Source of the DNA: Candidatus Omnitrophota bacterium
GTDB lineage: Bacteria; Omnitrophota; Omnitrophia; Omnitrophales; Aquincolibacteriaceae
Assembly: GCA_043803685.1 (NCBI GenBank)
Contig: JAZDJU010000100.1
Span: 1 to 57,562 of the forward strand
Length of the DNA: 57,562 bases
Reading direction: 5' to 3'
Below the pieces are notes generated by a model. It saw only the letters and a list, made by a program, of their open reading frames with translations. It had not been told where the DNA came from and made no database searches. Made by a program: the position numbers and the translations under genes. This document shows positions 56,360 through 57,562 of the stretch, in pieces. Positions within the stretch are counted from its first letter, which is position 1. Each line of letters begins with the position of its first letter.

Positions 56360-57192
56360 GCTAGCCCTTTTTTCCGTGCCGCTTGGAAATACTCCGCCAT
56401 CGTGCAAAAAGAAAATTCTTTCATAAGGCGAACCAGCTTCTGCAAAACCGTATGTCGCCCCGCATAATGAAACACGCGCTGCGGCCACGGCAATGGTAAG
56501 GGAGAAAAATCCACGTCGAGATCCCATGGATGGACATATAAAACAACGGCTCGTCCGCGAGAATTGCACCAGGCCACAAGACGCCGCGTCACTTCATACG
56601 GATACAACCTAAGCGCCGCACCGCCCGCCACCGGAACGCGGGCTAGCCCAAGGGATACAGAGGTGGGAGGGATTTCCATAATACGTTGGCTCGAATCAAG
56701 CCAGAAAGGATCCGCCGTGTTCCCTGTCGCGCGCCAAACGAACGGGACAGAAAAAGCCGCGCAGCTTGAATCGTATTCAATCCCGCAAGAGCTCAAGCTC
56801 TCTATCAGAACCCTTCGCTCCCGTGGTAATGACCACGCCGGCGCGCGGTAACCTTTCACAGGCGTCCCTGTCACGTTTTCCAATATCCTGCAAGACGTTT
56901 GGATGTCGTTAAGAACTTCTTGCCCTTGCATGGTAGAAAGAACCTGGTGCCCGTACCCGTGGCTGGCGATCTCATGTCCCTGATGATGCAGCTTCCGCAC
57001 AAGTTCAGGTATTCGTTCGGCAATCTGTCCCAAGACAAAAAAGGTAGCTCGGACACCGTACTGATCCAAAACAGAACTCAACGCGTCCGTATTCCTAATA
57101 ACGCGCGCTTCCGAAAAAGACACCGCCGCCTTTTGTAAATAGATCGAATGGCACCAGTCTTCCAGATCCACCGTAAAAACATTTCGAATCAT
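56356..57192 (-). CDS. Polysaccharide deacetylase (DUF3473 / PEP-CTERM-locus type)
   Basis: FTVDLEDW, ATFFVLG, HEIASHGYGH, GYRAPAWS, YDSS, YVHPWDLD. Confidence 0.9.
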   Translation of the reverse strand: MIRNVFTVDLEDWCHSIYLQKAAVSFSEARVIRNTDALSSVLDQYGVRATFFVLGQIAERIPELVRKLHHQGHEIASHGYGHQVLSTMQGQEVLNDIQTSCRILENVTGTPVKGYRAPAWSLPRERRVLIESLSSCGIEYDSSCAAFSVPFVWRATGNTADPFWLDSSQRIMEIPPTSVSLGLARVPVAGGAALRLYPYEVTRRLVAWCNSRGRAVVLYVHPWDLDVDFSPLPLPWPQRVFHYAGRHTVLQKLVRLMKEFSFCTMAEYFQAARKKGLA

Positions 57193-57288
57193 AAGAAATC
57201 GTACGCCCTCAAGCCGCGATAGGCGCCATTGGTTTGCGCTTTCCCGTGATGTGGAGGCGCGCTTCCTTGAAGGGGGACTTTCTCGTCG

Positions 57289-57528
57289 TCAGCCCGCGGT
57301 CTTTGGGGCCGCTTTTTCCGCTTCTTTTTCGGCGCAGGCGGCGAGTTTGTTGGCCCGGCGCGCGGCGATGTTCCGGGTCTTTGCTTTTTCCTTCTTGCCA
57401 ATATTGCCGAACCAGTCTCCGAACTTCTCGACTAGATTGTCCTTCGTGCAATCTCCCGCATGAACCGGCGCCGTAAAACCGCCAAACATGAGCATGAAAA
57501 CAAAAAAGGTTATCGTGTGTTTGCGCAT
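57289..57528 (-). CDS. Small secreted hypothetical protein
   Basis: Signal peptide ending VHA, two Cys, charged helix; AAGGAAAG RBS. Confidence 0.6.
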   Translation of the reverse strand: MRKHTITFFVFMLMFGGFTAPVHAGDCTKDNLVEKFGDWFGNIGKKEKAKTRNIAARRANKLAACAEKEAEKAAPKTAG

Positions 57529-57562
57529 AAGGCTTTCCTTTGGGGTTCTCTTTTTTTTGCGG

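Noticed and set aside
34371..57528. RiPP pathway (SPASM enzymes with small ORFs as precursors)
   Set aside because: The small ORFs are membrane or signal-peptide proteins, there is no RRE/PqqD domain or peptidase, and the neighbours act on sugars.
1..57562. CRISPR array, rRNA or transposase
   Set aside because: No regularly spaced repeat-spacer units, rRNA signatures or transposase motifs were seen.

Overview
A 57.6 kb bacterial chromosome segment. The gene content suggests a PVC-superphylum organism such as Ca. Omnitrophota, but that is inference only. Bases 1-22.1 kb hold housekeeping genes (suhB, mutY, pyrE, trmJ-like, RsmB-family, pepA, RNase HI, cysE, ychF, rlmN, corA, tadA), tRNA-Ser(TGA) and tRNA-Arg(ACG). 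They are interspersed with three TIGR04073-like secreted paralogs, a beta-propeller/half-TolC-like protein, a four-helix-bundle gene bracketed by inverted heptamer arrays, several 'empty' heptamer hairpins, and a twice-repeated covarying hairpin motif next to the tRNAs. Bases 22.2-57.2 kb form one tightly coupled minus-strand envelope-glycan modification cluster. It encodes 4 GT-C (ArnT/PMT-like) glycosyltransferases, a GT4, 7 radical SAM domains (4 with B12-binding domains), 7 membrane-anchored SGNH domains (6 with TPR-like inserts), a NodU/CmcH carbamoyltransferase with SxtJ-like and SxtK/DUF5989-like partners, an N-acetyl-sugar amidotransferase, an FAD oxidoreductase, an atypical Wzt and a deacetylase. 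The best candidate for an undescribed system is an unannotated 53-aa membrane peptide next to the carbamoyltransferase. It ends in FIYAGI, the same layout as the DltX tyrosine acyl-shuttle motif, which suggests an MBOAT-free carbamoyl relay to an expanding SGNH array. Other highlights are a B12-radical SAM-SGNH fusion, a double radical SAM gene split at a T7 run, and a Wzt with a Walker-B E-to-D change and a strict 15-residue Trp repeat tail.
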